This document shows positions 63,301 to 64,000 of a stretch of DNA of 64,000 nucleotides, piece after piece. Every line of letters begins with the position of its first letter. Within the stretch, counting starts at the first letter, position 1. A program made the position numbers and the translations under genes. The notes under the pieces are model-generated. The model searched no databases. It saw only the letters and a program-made list of their open reading frames with translations, and had not been told where the DNA came from. Source of the stretch: Macrostomum hystrix (Eukaryota > Animalia > Platyhelminthes); the NCBI GenBank assembly GCA_950097015.1, contig CATNEN010000038.1, forward strand, positions 7,998,001 to 8,062,000. Direction: 5' to 3'.

Positions 63301-64000
63301 CACGGCATCCCACCGCTGCCATCATCTTGCATCAGTTTTGTGGATACTAGGAAAGCAGTAAACATGGTATCCCACCGCTGCCATCATCTTGCATCAGTTT
63401 TGTGGATACTAGGAAAGCAGTAAACATGGCATCCCACCGCTGCCATCATCTTGCATCAGTTTTGTGGATACTAGGAAAGCAGTAAACATGGTATCCCACC
63501 GCTGTTATCATCTTGCATCAGTTTTGTGGATACTAGGAAAGCAGTAAACATGGTATCCCACCGCTGCCATTATCTTGCATCAGTTTTGTGGATACTAGGA
63601 AAGCAGTAAACATGGTATCCCACCGCTGCCATCATCTTGCATCAGTTTTGTGGATACTAGGAAAGCAGTAAACATGGTATCCCACCGCTGCCATCATCTT
63701 GCATCAGTTTTGTGGATACTAGGAAAGCAGTAAACATGGCATCCTACCGCTGCCATCATCTTGCATCAGTTTTGTGGATACTAGGAAAGCAGTAAACATG
63801 GTATCCCACCGCTGCCATTATCTTGCATCAGTTTTGTGGATACTAGGAAAGCAGTAAACACGGCATCCCACCGCTGCCATCATCTTGCATCAGTTTTGTG
63901 GATACTAGGAAAGCAGTAAACACGGCATCCCACCGCTGCCATCATCTTGCATCAGTTTTGTGGATACTAGGAAAGCAGTAAACATGGCATCCCACCGCTG
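63301..64000. repeat. 62-bp minisatellite in a SCOT intron, containing ATCCCACCGCTGCCA
   Basis: Units start at 63307, 63369, 63431 and so on to the window end. Confidence 0.96.

Overview
This is eukaryotic (animal) genomic DNA with GT-AG spliceosomal introns, GC-rich exons and AT-rich spacers. The style resembles a free-living flatworm such as Macrostomum, but that is inference only. Nine spliced genes can be reconstructed: a catalytically dead ADAM (-, runs off the left edge), Rac GTPase copy A (-), a USP8/UBPY-like deubiquitinase (+), cyclin Y (+), Rac copy B (-), calmodulin (-, with two alternative last exons), a FoxN2/3-like forkhead factor (+), folliculin (+) and the last exon of SCOT/OXCT (-). 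Mobile DNA includes a decayed Penelope-like element with a CpG-eroded hammerhead ribozyme, an RTE-like LINE with an in-frame RT deletion plus a second fragment, several MITEs with 8-bp or TTAA target duplications, and tRNA-derived SINEs. The most striking pattern is that most longer introns hold their own private minisatellite (15-62 bp units). Several of these units are built from that intron's own donor or acceptor sequence, and one repeat-filled intron is present in Rac A but absent from Rac B, which suggests repeat-linked intron birth. Other highlights are a 285-bp identical tract between the Rac paralogs, two arrays of tRNA-Leu primer-binding-site motifs, a tandem splice-acceptor array in front of the LINE ATG, and CpG-free domains at gene 5' ends. 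All coordinates were read by eye, and repeat edges are approximate.
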